A DNA stretch of 64,000 nt, from positions 14,632,001 through 14,696,000 of the forward strand of contig NC_088815.1 of the NCBI RefSeq assembly GCF_011386835.1, written 5' to 3'. How positions within the stretch are numbered: the stretch's first letter is position 1; each line of letters begins with the position of its first letter. Shown here piece after piece: positions 26,632 through 38,805 of this stretch. Position numbers and translations under genes: made by a program. Source of the stretch: Chrysemys picta bellii. Its lineage: Eukaryota. A model generated the notes under the pieces. The model searched no databases. It was given only the letters and a program-made list of their open reading frames with translations, and had not been told where the DNA came from.

Positions 26632-27510
26632 TTTCAGACCAGACTGGCCTTCCTCTGCCTTTTTCATCCAGCCCAGGTCAGTGATCTCTTTGGCCAGATG
26701 GAAGGGCGAGAAATCTTCCACCCTTAAACTTTCTGGTCAGTCTGTGTGAGGTTGCTTAGAAGACTATTCCCCTTCAAACTGAAAGACACTGCAGCAAAGG
26801 GCAATGATATTGACTAGATATATGGGAAGTGGTGGTGAATTTTGGAATGCACACGTCCCAGATCCTCCAAGGTAGTTAGGTGCCCCAAAGACCTTCTTTA
26901 GACACCATAAAGAAGTGGGATGGGAAAAAGCCCTGCACACAGCTTGGCAGTTGGAAAGGGTGTCGCTTCAGTTTTGTTTTTTTCATTGGAGCCGACAACT
27001 TCATGTTTCTTTCCAATGGAAAGGATTTTAACAAGCGGGTGGTTTTCCCAGGGCTGGGAAGAAAGGGGCTTAAGGGAGTTTGAGATCAGAAAAAAGGTTG
27101 TTAGCCTGGCATTTCTCGATAGTGGTGAATAACCCCAAACAATCACACCCCAAAGAGTGTGATTTTAAAGAGAGAAACTCTGTATTTTAGCCATTGCTGT
27201 GTGCTCAGGAACACAGCCGTGTTTTAATAGTGTGACGCACAAGGCTTGTTAATCCAGAAACGTGGTCTCTATCTCCACTCGCTCCCTGCAATGCCGCACC
27301 CATCGCTGTCCTAAAGCTAGCACACGAGTAACATGGCCAGGAGTCAGAATAAATCAATCACACTGCTGCTTTGGGGAGCCTGGAATGATCCTTCCAGATG
27401 GCAGGGCAGGAAACATGGCTTTAAAAAAACCCCGATTTTCTTATTGCCAGTTCATTGTGCTGGGACTCCTGGTATAAAACACTTGGAAATCAATGCCTTG
27501 TTTGGTGACA

Positions 27511-27932
27511 GGTTTCAGAGTGGTAGCCGTGTTAGTTTGTATCAGCAAAAACAATGAGGAGTCCTTGTGGCACCTTAGAGCCTGAATAAAGACTGGGAGT
27601 GGTTGGGTCATTACAAAACCTAAACCTAATTTCTCCAATACTAATTTCCCTCTGCTGTTACTCACACCTTCTTGTCAACTGTCTGAAATGGGCCACTCTC
27701 ATTACCACTTCAAAAGTGATTTTTCCTCCCTTGATATCCTGCTGTTAATTGAATTGTCTCGTTAGACTGACCTCACGCTTGGTAAGGCAACTCCCATCTT
27801 TTCATGTATTTATACCTGCTCCTGTATTTTCTACTCCATGCATCTGATGAAGTGGGTTCTAGCCCACGAAAGCTTATGCTCAAATATACGTGTTAGTCTC
27901 TAAGGTGCCACAAGGACTCCTCGTTGGTTTTG
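27511..27932 (+). mobile_element. Penelope-like retroelement fragment with an inverted terminal arm and a hammerhead motif
   Basis: 27511-27580 contains the reverse complement of the element end at 27888-27932 (ctctaaggtgccacaaggactcctc). Contains gcatCTGATGAagtgggttctagcccacGAAAgcttatgc. A 13-bp direct repeat ttggaaatcaatg occurs at 27483-27495 and 27930-27942. Confidence 0.85.
27840..27879 (+). ncRNA. Minimal type I hammerhead ribozyme motif (Penelope type)
   Basis: Stem I GCAT/ATGC, core CTGATGA, one extra A, stem II GTGGGT/GCCCAC with loop TCTA, GAAA, and a loopless palindromic stem III AGCT. Confidence 0.7.
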
Positions 27933-29418
27933 GAAATCAATGGAGTTATAACGGTGAATCAGACTCCGTTTAAAGAGCTGGGTGTGTCTCACGGTAACCA
28001 GCACCATCTGTTGTATTTTTATTTCCTATTGTACATTTCTCTCTCTCGTACTAACTGCGCAGTTGCACCAAACAGGGCTCTTGTTTCCCCTGCTCCAGCC
28101 CAATCAATCCTAGCCCTGTCTGTAGAACCACCAATCTCCTGGCAGCCCCCACTGCATTGTCCCCAGGATTAGCCTTTTCAGTGGGGAGACCAGCAATAGG
28201 GCCAGGTGAACAAAGATCTTGTTTCCTTCACATGTCCTTTGTAGGCAATTAGAGAACAAGGAAAAGTGATTACAAAGGCTGGTGTTTACGTGCAGGGCTG
28301 TGTTTCTGGCAGGCGGTCAGGCACAGCGGTTCGTGCTGGAGCAAAGGTTTTGCCACAGGAAGCGATCTTGTTGACTGAGCTGTGTCTGTGCACAGTCCTG
28401 GAGATAAGGAACGTTGGGCAAGGCCAGGTCAGTGAGCAGCAGGCCCCTCTCTCTCACTCGCACCTTCCAACCTCCTCTCTCTCAAGCCAACTCTCCAGCT
28501 GCGTCGTCTTCTACCCTCCCCAGCAGCGGCTAGCAATCTCTGCTTCACCGTCACATACAGCAGCTGTGTTGAGGAGCGAGTCTGTCATGTGAACTGTCTA
28601 AACCGCCGTAGCGCTAGCTAAGGAATAACAGGAGCAGGCTGGAGAGGGACCAGCAAGGACAAAAAGCTTGGAGTGCAGAGGGGAACTGGGCTGTGGGAGA
28701 AGGCAGCACACAGGATGGCCACTCTCCTATGGCTGATACTGGCTGTTGTTTTTTTGCCCTCTCTTCTAACACGCAACTAATGGCATTCCGCGGCGCTGAG
28801 CCGGTTCCTGTCTGCCCCTCCCAGCTCAGACCGACCCGGCAGGGAAGGGGTGATGGGCACTTCAAAGTGCAGCTCTAATCAGACAAGTGACTCTACCACT
28901 CACCCCCACTCCCTTTCCTGCAGTTTGGTGCCTCTCCGTCCTGCAGAGCTGTCATGGGCCCTGTTCTGTCTCTTGCATCACCCGAGTTGCCAGGGAAGGA
29001 TCTTTACTCACAGGAGGGCGATGCAAGAGGCAGAATGCAGCAGGCTGTCGTTTTTACAGAGCCACCTTTCCAGCTCTAATTGCCCGCTACAATCATTAGG
29101 CTGGTTAACGGCAGCCCCAGCCCAGCTGGGAAGGAGCTCGGATATAATCCTCCAGGCTTCAGGAGGAGTAAGATATAATTTTAAAACTCTGCACCCCCCT
29201 CAAGCCCCTCCATCTCAGTGCAGTCCAGACAGGAGGGATCCCAAGTCCCTTTTATTTGGGTGGGACAGTAGATTTCCCCTCGCCCGATGTCTGGTCGAGC
29301 TCCTGGGCAGGTATCTCAGCTGTTCAGGTGGGGACGGAGCGGAGACTGGCCCATGTTAAGGGCTAAAGGGAGATGCAGATCTTGGCAGCGGTGGGATGAG
29401 ACTTCCCCACTCCAGCCT

Positions 29419-29939
29419 TCACACCAAAGTTGAATCTTTCCCAGAGACTCCTGGCTTCCGTGACAAAATATTCCTCATCTCCTGGGTGACGCTGTTCCAG
29501 GGCTTGCCTTGTACCTGCAGCAGGCCTGGCTCTGCTGACAGTGTCCTGTGTGTCCGGGGCAGGTTGCAGCTATCCTTCTCAGCCAGTGGCCTATGGCTTC
29601 CTGGCAAGGTGAAGCTGCCTCTGCCTGGTGAGGCAAGGTGGGACTTCTGCTCTATGTATGGTGGGTAGGAGAACTCTCGGTGGATCTCTGGCCGCGGGCG
29701 GGCTGCAGCCACGTTCTTGCTATTGTTGAGGTCGCTAGCCGGGGTGTCGCTGCGCCGGGCGGAGTCGTTCTCGTAGAGGGTACGGCAGAGTTCGGACTGG
29801 CTGCGCCGTGAGGCTTGGGAGGCCCTGACGAAGGCGTGCATCACCGTGATCAGCAGGACGATGATCCCAGAGGACAGGATGCAGGCGCTGGTTATGCCAG
29901 TCTCGATTTCAAACAGCAGCAGCATGTAGATGGAGAGAG
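29419..29939 (-). CDS. TMEM221: TMEM221 exon 3 (521 coding bp): ALSIYMLLLFEIETGITSACILSSG...RTHRTLSAE...VTQEMRNILSRKPGVSGKDSTLV*
   Basis: Acceptor ctccttcccctccag| at 29940-29941. Matches human TMEM221 ALSIYALLLFEIETG and the C-terminal KDSTLV. AATAAA on the minus strand at 29251-29256. Confidence 0.96.
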
Positions 29940-32082
29940 CTGGAGGGGAAGGAGAGCAAGGCAGAGATGAGAAGGCCAGTCGCCTGACACACGAGGGAAA
30001 TGAGTCCCGGGCCAAGCCCACCTCTTGCGGCTGAGCAAGGGCCGAGCTGTTAGGGAGGGACGTCCAGTTTGGATTGAACGCCCCATCTCAATTTGAGCGA
30101 CAGCAGCTTCCTTGGCTCTGCGACTGCCTCGCGAGCCTGATTCTGGACTTCACTTACCCACAGGGCCCATTTCTGGGTGGGGAGGGGGATTTCCAAAGGC
30201 GCCCAAGTTTCCAGTCCTCAAAGGTATTTAGGCGCCTATCTCCCTTTTGGATCTGGGCCTAAGTGAGTTAGGAACACGAGTCCTGTTTACCTGGGTGCTT
30301 TGGAAAACCCCACTCATTGAGGCATGCACCGTACCCTTCCTGAGGCTTAACCGGTGACTAATCCCTGTGTGCTCCGCTCTCCTGTTCTCGGTGTTTGCTT
30401 TTCCTCTGTGCTGCTCTTCTGCTCCTTCTTTACCAGCAGCTGGCACCTGGCCGTGCCCACACTGCCTGCTAAATAATTGGATTTAATTTTTTATTTTGAA
30501 ATCTTAAAAAAAGGTGTCTGACTGCCCCACTCCTGCAAGGGCTCCATTAACAGAGCCGCAGCCTGGCCCCTGGCATCCGGCTCCTCAGCGATCCAGACGG
30601 GGACAGGAGGGGACTTTCCCTGGGTCTGGGTTATCCCACCCCCACAGCACTCTTACACCTTCCCTTGAAGCAGCTGGCAGCGGCCCCAGTTGGAGAGGGG
30701 AATCTAGGTTAGCTGGACCTTGGGCTGATCCACCCTGGCAATTCCTTTGCTCCTAGAGGCAGCACGAGGGGGGTTCTCCGCAGTGCTGGCGCCTGGGGGG
30801 AGTCCTGGCTGAGCCACATTGAGCCTCCAAGGTGCTCATCAGTGTCGACACTTGCTAGTGAGCTCTCTGCTATTTTCTTGCAGCATTGGATGGCCTGGGT
30901 GTCAAGAGAGGACGCTGCCCACACGCCTTGTCTCTGGGGACGTGCAGGGATGAGAGCCGCTGACTCCTTTTAAAAGCTTCTGAAGCCAAAGCTACAAGTG
31001 ACTAGCCACGCGTGGTATATAAAGGCCCAGTGGAGGGCTGTGATCTCCGTGGGCAGATGTCCTGGCCCTAGCTAGCTCATTGACTAGTTGCCCTGTTTGT
31101 GTCAAGCCAGGGGCTGGGTTTTGGGACTTGCCCATCACAGCTGATCTTCCCTGCCACCCCTCTGAGAGACTCTAAGGAGAACGGAGGTGTGCTCTCCCCA
31201 CCAATCTCCAGGAGAAAGCCAGCACAGGGGAGGGGCTATGTTTCTTGTGCCTTTGAATCCCTCCCTTCCAGGGTTTGTGCTGCAGCTTCTCCCGCGTAAA
31301 ACAGGTGGCAGAACCGTTACAGTATCTCAAAAACCAGGTCACAATAAAGTCTTTTAAAACTACTTGCTATTGTCCCTCTCCTCCCCTGCCCCCGAATCCC
31401 AAAACACCACAGCCGCCTTCTGCTCCTTTCTCGGTGTTATGGCCTCATCAAAGGGAGAAACTGAGGCAGAGAGAAGCTAAGTGTCTTGGCCAAGATGGCA
31501 CAGTAGGTCTGGCGGTGGCCTCTGTTAGTGCAGGATCTGAGCACCTCACAACCTCCCATGAGCCAGAACAGGACTCTTATCCCTGGTCTACAGATAGGAA
31601 CTGGGGCCCAGAGAGATGAAAACCCAGATCCTCAAAGGTAGTTAGGTGCCTAATCTCCCTTGAGTTCACTGATCTGGCCCAAGGTCACGCCGGGAGCCTC
31701 TGGCACAGCAGGGAATTGAAGTCAGCTGGCCCTAGTCCCCACACAGCACTGCTGCACCATCCTTCCTCGGGCACAGCCCTGGCTGGCATCATGCTCAGGG
31801 TGGTTGGCTGAAGGGCTCTCCAGAAGTTACGCTGCAGCCAGGCTGCAAACAGGATTCCGGTCCCACCACCGCAGGAATAAACCTGGACTCAGGAACCTGG
31901 TGACACCGGCTGGGAAACAAGCCATCATTGCAGCCTGACCTATAAATAGATGTTCAGCAACCTACAAAGCACCAGGGGGAGGCAGGGGCCTGAGCATTCT
32001 AGATGAAATGTGCGGGGCCGAGCCCTCCCTCCCTCCCGGCGGAATGAGATCCCAGCATTGGCAGAGAAATGAAAATCCTTGC

Positions 32083-32168
32083 CTGCTAAATAGACAGAAA
32101 CACCGCAGCAGAACAAGCCAATGGCAACGTGCCGAATCATCCGGCTGTCCAACAGGAACCAGTCGGCT
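32083..32168 (-). CDS. TMEM221: TMEM221 exon 2 (86 bp): (R)ADWFLLDSRMIRHVAIGLFCCGVSVYLA, ending in a GC donor
   Basis: Acceptor tctgttttgcag|. The peptide matches human [28 protein letters not shown]. The only donor in frame with exon 3 at this position is CAG|gcaagg. Confidence 0.94.
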
Positions 32169-35100
32169 CTGCAAAACAGAAGAGAGAGAAACACTTCAGT
32201 GGTAAAACAGAGCAATATCTAGTGATGCCCACTGCCTTGATCCCCGTGAAGTATCATTTTAATCTGATCAGAGGCCTTTCCTGCACCTGCAAGGGGACTG
32301 ACTCTGTCACCTAGTGACCCTAAGCGCTTATATTCTCGGAGTCTCCGTAAAGTAGTGCACAGCTGCTATGCCAAGGCCCCAGTATTCAAATGGAGCTAAG
32401 AGGCTGGGGTTTGGCTCTAGTTTGATGGCCCAGGCTAGGGGTTTCTACATGCAGTAAAGCTCCTCGGTACAAAATCGGGACTTGGGGTGAAAAGTGCATT
32501 CGCTGCAAGTTCTAGAGCGTCTCAGAGATGCGGTGATGCGTTTTAAGCTCTAAACTTGCTTCCTAGAGAGCCAAATTCTCCCCTCAGCAGTGTGCATGGG
32601 GCGGTCTACTCTGGTCTCTGCAGGCACGTGCAGGGGGAGCGAAGTACCTAATCCCAGATCTGCTGTGCAGCTCTAAGAGGAGAGGATTGCCTGGGCCGTT
32701 GTTCTACTGCGGTGGGGCAAGGTTGTCTTCATTTCAATCGCTTTCCTTCCTGTTCCCCCACCCACTGTTTTGTTGGCTGAGACATGAAAACCGAAGAGAC
32801 AATCCCCAGTTGACAAAGGAGCCTACGCTCCGTTAGCTCTGCTTGAGGTTCAGTCAGCCAGCAGAGGGAGCCCAAATTCACCACCCCCTTTCCAAACACT
32901 GCTGATGCAGCTACATAAAAAGCAAATAAAGCAAGAGCCGTTTTTGCTCAGCTCTGTCTTTCTGCAAGGAGGGAGATAAACCTAAAGAGGCTGCAAGCTG
33001 GAAAAGAGGGCAAAAGCTGGTGGGAGCGAGAAATAGTTCAATGCTTCTTAAAGACAATTACAAGAAACGAAGAGCAAAGAGAAAAGATGATGCGTGTTCG
33101 TCCCTAAGTCTATCGCCCTTTAAAAGAGCATGAACGGGTGAAGGGCTGCTGCAGTGACCTAAGCAAAGCCAGGTTGCATTTTCATCCTCGGTGCTGAATT
33201 GCTTTAGCTCAGACCCTAGCTGTGTTCATTTAGATGCACAGTTTGGAAAGGGTTGGCCTTCTTTTTGAACAGTGCATAAAACATCAAAGGTCAGCTCCTA
33301 TCTAGGCCTGTATTCCATGCTCCTCCCGGTAGTATCTGAGCCCTTCCGCTTGATAGATTCAGCTTGTTCCAGTTGTGACACCGGATGGGTTCTGCGGGCG
33401 CACAGACTCCCTTGAGACTTGCCAGCAGCCCTGCCACTAGATGCGAGTGAGCAGGCATTCAATAGCTGTTCTTATCCACCCTGCGAAAACTGCTTGAGAT
33501 TTTTTGTTCCCTTCATTACAGCCGAGGTGACCTACAGAACCTCAGCACTCCACTTATGGGACTTCATGGGCCATTATCACTGAAGGAAGCCGGCACGCCA
33601 GCCTCTTGTTAATTGTGAGAGCGGAACATAGTCATGAAAGGAGGGGACACAATGGGAAAAGGACACACAGTGCTGTAGGATGAAGTGTGGTTAAAGGTTG
33701 TGATTGAAAGATGCTGCAGCACAACTGTCTCTGTAGGAGACAAGGAAAGGATTGTGTAGCTCATCCAGGAGAGACAGGTGGCGGATTGTGACATTGGAAT
33801 GATTGACATAGGGAGGGGTTGGCAGCCCCTGGGGAGCGGCACTCTATCTGTTCTGAGCAGTACACGCACACACACACACCCTTCTTGGCAATGCGTGCGG
33901 TGGCCTGGCCACTGAGGAACTGCCCCAGGAGTTGAAGGGCAGTTCAGTCTCCTAAATCCAGGTAGTCCCTGGCCTCAAAAACTGGGTGGCAAAGGGGCCA
34001 GTTAGTGCTGAGGGTGGCCGTTCTTTTTGTAATGTGGGTATCTGTGCATTGGGAATTGACTTGAAACCTAACAACTCGTGACATGCAAGAGCCTTCTGCC
34101 AGGAAGGAGTTTGGGTCTTTTTGTTTTGAAGTGAGCGAGTGTCTTTCCTAACCTTCTCCCTCCATCACTTCTCCCTAGGGAGAGCTTTTGCAAGGACTTG
34201 GGTGGGTCAATGAGATCAGGTGCTGGGAAAACACTACCCAGGAGAGTTTGATCTCTGGTACTCAGCCCTGCTGGTTCAGAAGGGCCGGTCAGCCTATGGT
34301 GTGTGGGGGGGAATCCTCTGTACCCCTCCTCCCCCAGTCTGAGAAAGCAGAAGAGTAACAGCTCTGCTTGCATCTGGAGTAACTGCATAAGGAACAAGCG
34401 AGAGGGAAGGGACTTTAACTCAGCTCGTTAGCCAGCAGCTGATGAAAGCAGATATAAGTCTACCTGAGGACTAGGCAACACCAACGATGCTCTGGCCAGC
34501 GTGACCAAAATTGCACTATACTTTTCTGTGGAATCTGGCTACCTAGGGTTTGGCAATGGGGCAAAGCCTCCAAACGCTGTCCCGGGAACGGCCCTTCCCC
34601 TAGCTGGGAGGTTACAAGGTGGATGAGATGGAGGCCACAGGATCTTTTCAATGCTGAACTCCTGGGGTGTCTGGCCTGCCTAGTGCTGGGAGTTTGCAGT
34701 CCGGAGCTGTTAATAGAACTTGGAAGGGCTCCTGCTCCTCGCTCATTGTCGGGGAAGAGAAGCCACTTTGTTTTATTAATTACATGATTTGGGGGATTAG
34801 CAGGGGGGAGGAACAGCCTTTGTTTAGAGCAGGCTGGGGTTATTGAGTGCGGAGCAGTAATGCAGCGTGACAGGCCCAACGTGGGAAAGCCGCCTGCTAC
34901 GTGAGCAGATCTCCTAATGAAACCAGAGCCCCAGCTCCTCTCGGGGCATAGGGCTGTCCCCCAGAGATGGGGATGGGCAGGATGAAAACACAAGCTCCAA
35001 CATGGGGAGACAATAGCTAATCGCATGTCAAGGGGGGCGGAGGGGCTGTGAGAATTAACCCTTCACGGGCTGGCATTTTTAGACCATAACAGCACTTTCC

Positions 35101-36899
35101 ATTCTAGGATCTCAAAGCAATTTGCAAACAAACATTATTTGAGTGTCACAACCCTGACCCCCCATAGGGGTAGAACTCCCACATTACAGATGGGGAGAAT
35201 GAGGCACAGAGAAGTGACGTGACTTGCTCAGGATCATCCAGCAAGAGTGGCAGAGAGAACAGGACCCAGGAGTCCGTATTCCACGCTGCCTCCCATCAGT
35301 CGCTCTCAAGGGACGCCCATGCCCTCAGCAGCAGAAGGGTGAAGCAATAACAGCCTCTCACCTTGCTTAAGAACTGGGGGGTTGGGGTGGAGAGGTGGGA
35401 GAAGCTAATTTAGGACAAACTATTTAAGCCAAATTGGTTGGGGGGGGGGGGGGGGGGGGCTTTCCTGGAGTCTGGCCCAGTGTCAGCAAAGTGCATGGCC
35501 CAAGCACTGGGACTGGATTGGAAGATGGATCTAAATCCCAGGTCACCACTGGTGCATTGGCTCCAGCTGTCTCATAGGTGGGAAGCCCTTTGCTGAATGG
35601 CATTGTCATAGGCACCCCCCCGCCCTCCCAACACTGTTCTTTTGCCCTCATGGGCTCAGAATAAATTACTGACAATGAAAAGAACCTGGGACATTCTCAA
35701 CTTTTATAGAGGGAAATCCAGAACCTTTCTGTAATCTGGTGTTAGAAGCAGCTAGACGGGTCACAGAAACATCCTCTGAATTTCGTTGGCCTTCTTTAAT
35801 CACATCGGTTAATTAAGTCTCTCACCCCACTTGTGAAACAGAGAGTTACTGTCCCTGTTCCACAAACAGGGGAAACCGAGGCACAAAGAGGTGAAGTAGC
35901 TTGCTTCAGGGTCACAGGGTGATTCAGTGGCAGGGCTGAAAATAGAACCCAGGAGTCCTGATTCCCAGTTTGCTGAGCTCAGATGGGTCTCTGCAGCTTG
36001 GGTCTGTTTCATTTCCCCTCACAGCGAGGCCACGGTCTGAGAATTATTCTGCCCCTTGGGGACATGGGATCAGGTGAGTGCCCTGATTCCATTGTCTGAG
36101 GCCTTGCCTTTAGATGCTTAACCCTGTGCAAGATGCACCTGCAGTTAGCTAGGGTTCCCCTCCCGTCACTGCCCTTCCTGAGCGGTTGCACTCGGTCTCC
36201 CCTATGCAGGAACAAGGCAGAGAGCTATGGCTGGCAAGCTCAGAGCTTAACGAGGAACAGAAACTGGAGCAATTGGGACTGGAGCTGGTGAGGGGTAGGA
36301 GAACCCCCCTGTCGCCCCAGCAGGGTTCAAACGACAACTCCTGCTGGCAGAGTGGGGCAACAGGCAGCCAGTGTCACCAGAATGGCCTGTGACTGCAGCA
36401 AACCAACCAAAGGGGGCGGTGAGGTACCAGCTCTGCTCAGACCCAAAGGCTCTTGCATACGCTGCCCAAGACAGGAGCAGCCGTGTTCAGCCCGGCTTCC
36501 TTCTCCCACCAGCACACTAGATACAAACTCATCCTGTCAGCCGGTGCTGGGTTCCGCTGACCCTGCAACCGTCTCGCTCTCACTTTGGTTTTAATGGGAG
36601 CTGATTGCACTAGGCTGTACGCTTTACTGGTAGCCCTACAGTAAAGACGTGCTTCTTCTGGAGCATCCAGGGGTCTTCACAAACATGGATTAACTGAACC
36701 TTGCCACGTGCGTGGGAGGAAGCTGATAGGGTTCTTTAGCTCTCTGAGATGAGGCCCAGAAAGGGGATGTGACTTGCCCAGGGTCACACAGTCAGTCAGT
36801 GGCAGAGCTGGGAGTAGATCCCAGGAGTCCTGAGTCTCCATCTCCTCTACCCACTAGTGACATTCCATCCCTGTAAGCAAGGATCAAATTGCTTCAGGA

Positions 36900-37925
36900 A
36901 CATTTTGGTGTGCTTAATCGATTTTAAAGCCAGAAGGGAATGCTAGGATCATCGTGTCTGGCCTCCTGACAGCACAGACCAGAGAATTTCACTCATCACA
37001 CTTTTTTTTTTTTTTGCATCAGGCCCATAACTTCTGGTTCAGCTAGAGCATCTCTTCTAGAAAGGCAGCCAGTCCCCACGTCATGGAGACTCCACCACAT
37101 CTGGAGGTGCAGGGAAGCTGTTTCAATGGGTCAGTGAAGGTAGGATAAGAAATAATGGGCTTCATCTGCAGCAAGGGAGATTTGGGTTAGATAATAGGAC
37201 AAACTTTCTAGCTATGAGGGTAGTTAAGCTCTGAAATAGGCTTCCCAGGGAGATGGAATCCCTGTCATTGGAGATTTTTTAGAACAGGTTGGACAAACAC
37301 TTGTCACGGATGGTCTCGGGTTACTTGGTCCTGCCTCAGTGCAGGGGGCTGGACGTGATGATCCAGCCCGACATTTGTATGTTTCTAAGATTACCCACAC
37401 TGTACAAATTGGTCACCTTATTCCTAGTCTGAAGTTATCTAGCTTCAGCTTCTAGCCTTTGGATCTTGTCCTGCCTTTGCTAGAGTCAAGACCCTTCTGC
37501 TATCAGAAATCTTTCCATTATAGATTTTGATCAAGTCACCTCAACCTCCTCTTTGGTAAACTGGACTTCTTTTGTCTCTCTCTGTGAGGCAGGTTTTCCA
37601 GACCTTGTATTGTTCTTGTAGCTCTTTTCTGAACCCTTTCCAACTTAACCAACTTTCTCCCTAAAGAGTGGACACCACAACCGCTCTCGTCAATGCCATA
37701 CCCAAGGGTAATATCTGCCTACATCCAGTCAACATTCTCATGCGTATACATTCTAGGATTGGACTTGCTCTCCTAGCCACGAGCTTGCAATGCAAGCTCA
37801 TGTTCAGTTGGTTATTTGCCATGACCCCTAAATCCATTAACAAATCACTGCTTTTCAAAATACAGCCCCAATCCCGGAAGTGTGACCTGCATTCTTCACA
37901 CCTAGATGTATGACCTTGCATTTAG
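36900..37925 (-). mobile_element. CR1 LINE fragment, with a nested plus-strand CR1 3' fragment at about 37110-37385
   Basis: The minus frame reads DLGVMANNQLNMSLHCKLVARRASPILECIRM...ILPLGMALTR, matching CR1 ORF2 (DLGVLVD.KLNMSQQC...AN.ILGCI..). Confidence 0.88.
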
Positions 37926-38034
37926 CTATCTAATTAGCTGATTGACCTGCTCCAGTTTTAATGGGGGATTTCAAAGATGAATTGCAGAGCTTTGAAAATA
38001 AATAAAACTTTTAAGATCTGAACTCAGTATTCGG

Positions 38035-38805
38035 TGCTGGGTCAAATTTACAGTTGGTCAGGAATTTTGCCATCAATGATTTTTCCAATGGAAAACGTGG
38101 TTGCCACAAAATCAGACTTTTCAACAGGAAAATTTTGGTTTTGCAGAAGTGATTCAATTTTCTGTTGGGAAAGTCAAATTAAGTTTTGGTTTGGATTGGT
38201 TGGACCCAAACTGAAATATTTTTGGATTGTTGAACGGACCCAAAACTTTTAGTTTTTCCATCAGTTCAACATTAAACTGTATTTCCCTATTGTGCATGTT
38301 GCCATATGCGAGTTGTAATTTGGGTCCCATTGCTTGCTATGGGCTGGACTCCCTGGTCCAACTACATATTCCACGATGCAATGCAGGTTTCCCTCCAACT
38401 CAGCAGTATGGGCCACCACAAGTCATGTGGCTTCAGGTGCAGGCTGGGAGATGTAGTCTAGCAAGGGCGCCTGGCCCACAGGGCAGAGTGGGGCCATGTG
38501 GCTTCTGAACTACAACTCCCATGAGGCAACGTGACCCCACAAGGAAATGAAGTTTAACGTTCAACAGACTCGAGGTGTAACAATCCACAACAAAACATTT
38601 GATTCGAGAAATGTCAGTGTTTCATTTTGATCGGAAAGGCCAAAACCAAATGTTTTGTCATTTCCAAATTGACCTTTTTTTGAAATTCTTCGTTCCACGA
38701 ACAATGTAGATGTTTAACATTTTGTCTCGCTGTAGGACGAAAACAAAATGTTGAACTATTGGAATTTCCCGCAGGATGGAAATTCTGAATTTCGCTCAGC
38801 TCTAG
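38035..38805. mobile_element. Non-autonomous DNA transposon (hAT-like), degenerate
   Basis: AT-rich subterminal arms, an end resembling ...ctcagctcta, and central inverted ctgggagatgtagtc / actacaactccca motifs. Boundaries approximate. Confidence 0.5.

Noticed and set aside
31940-31949. Perfect MEF2 site CTATAAATAG (another match at 6845-6854) near the presumed MEF2B locus
   Set aside because: Roughly four matches to YTAWWWWTAR are expected by chance in 64 kb, so single sites carry no signal.
33609-33875. 88 aa minus-strand ORF in TMEM221 intron 1 that looks protein-like
   Set aside because: No recognisable homology, and TMEM221 exons 1 and 2 already join in frame without it.
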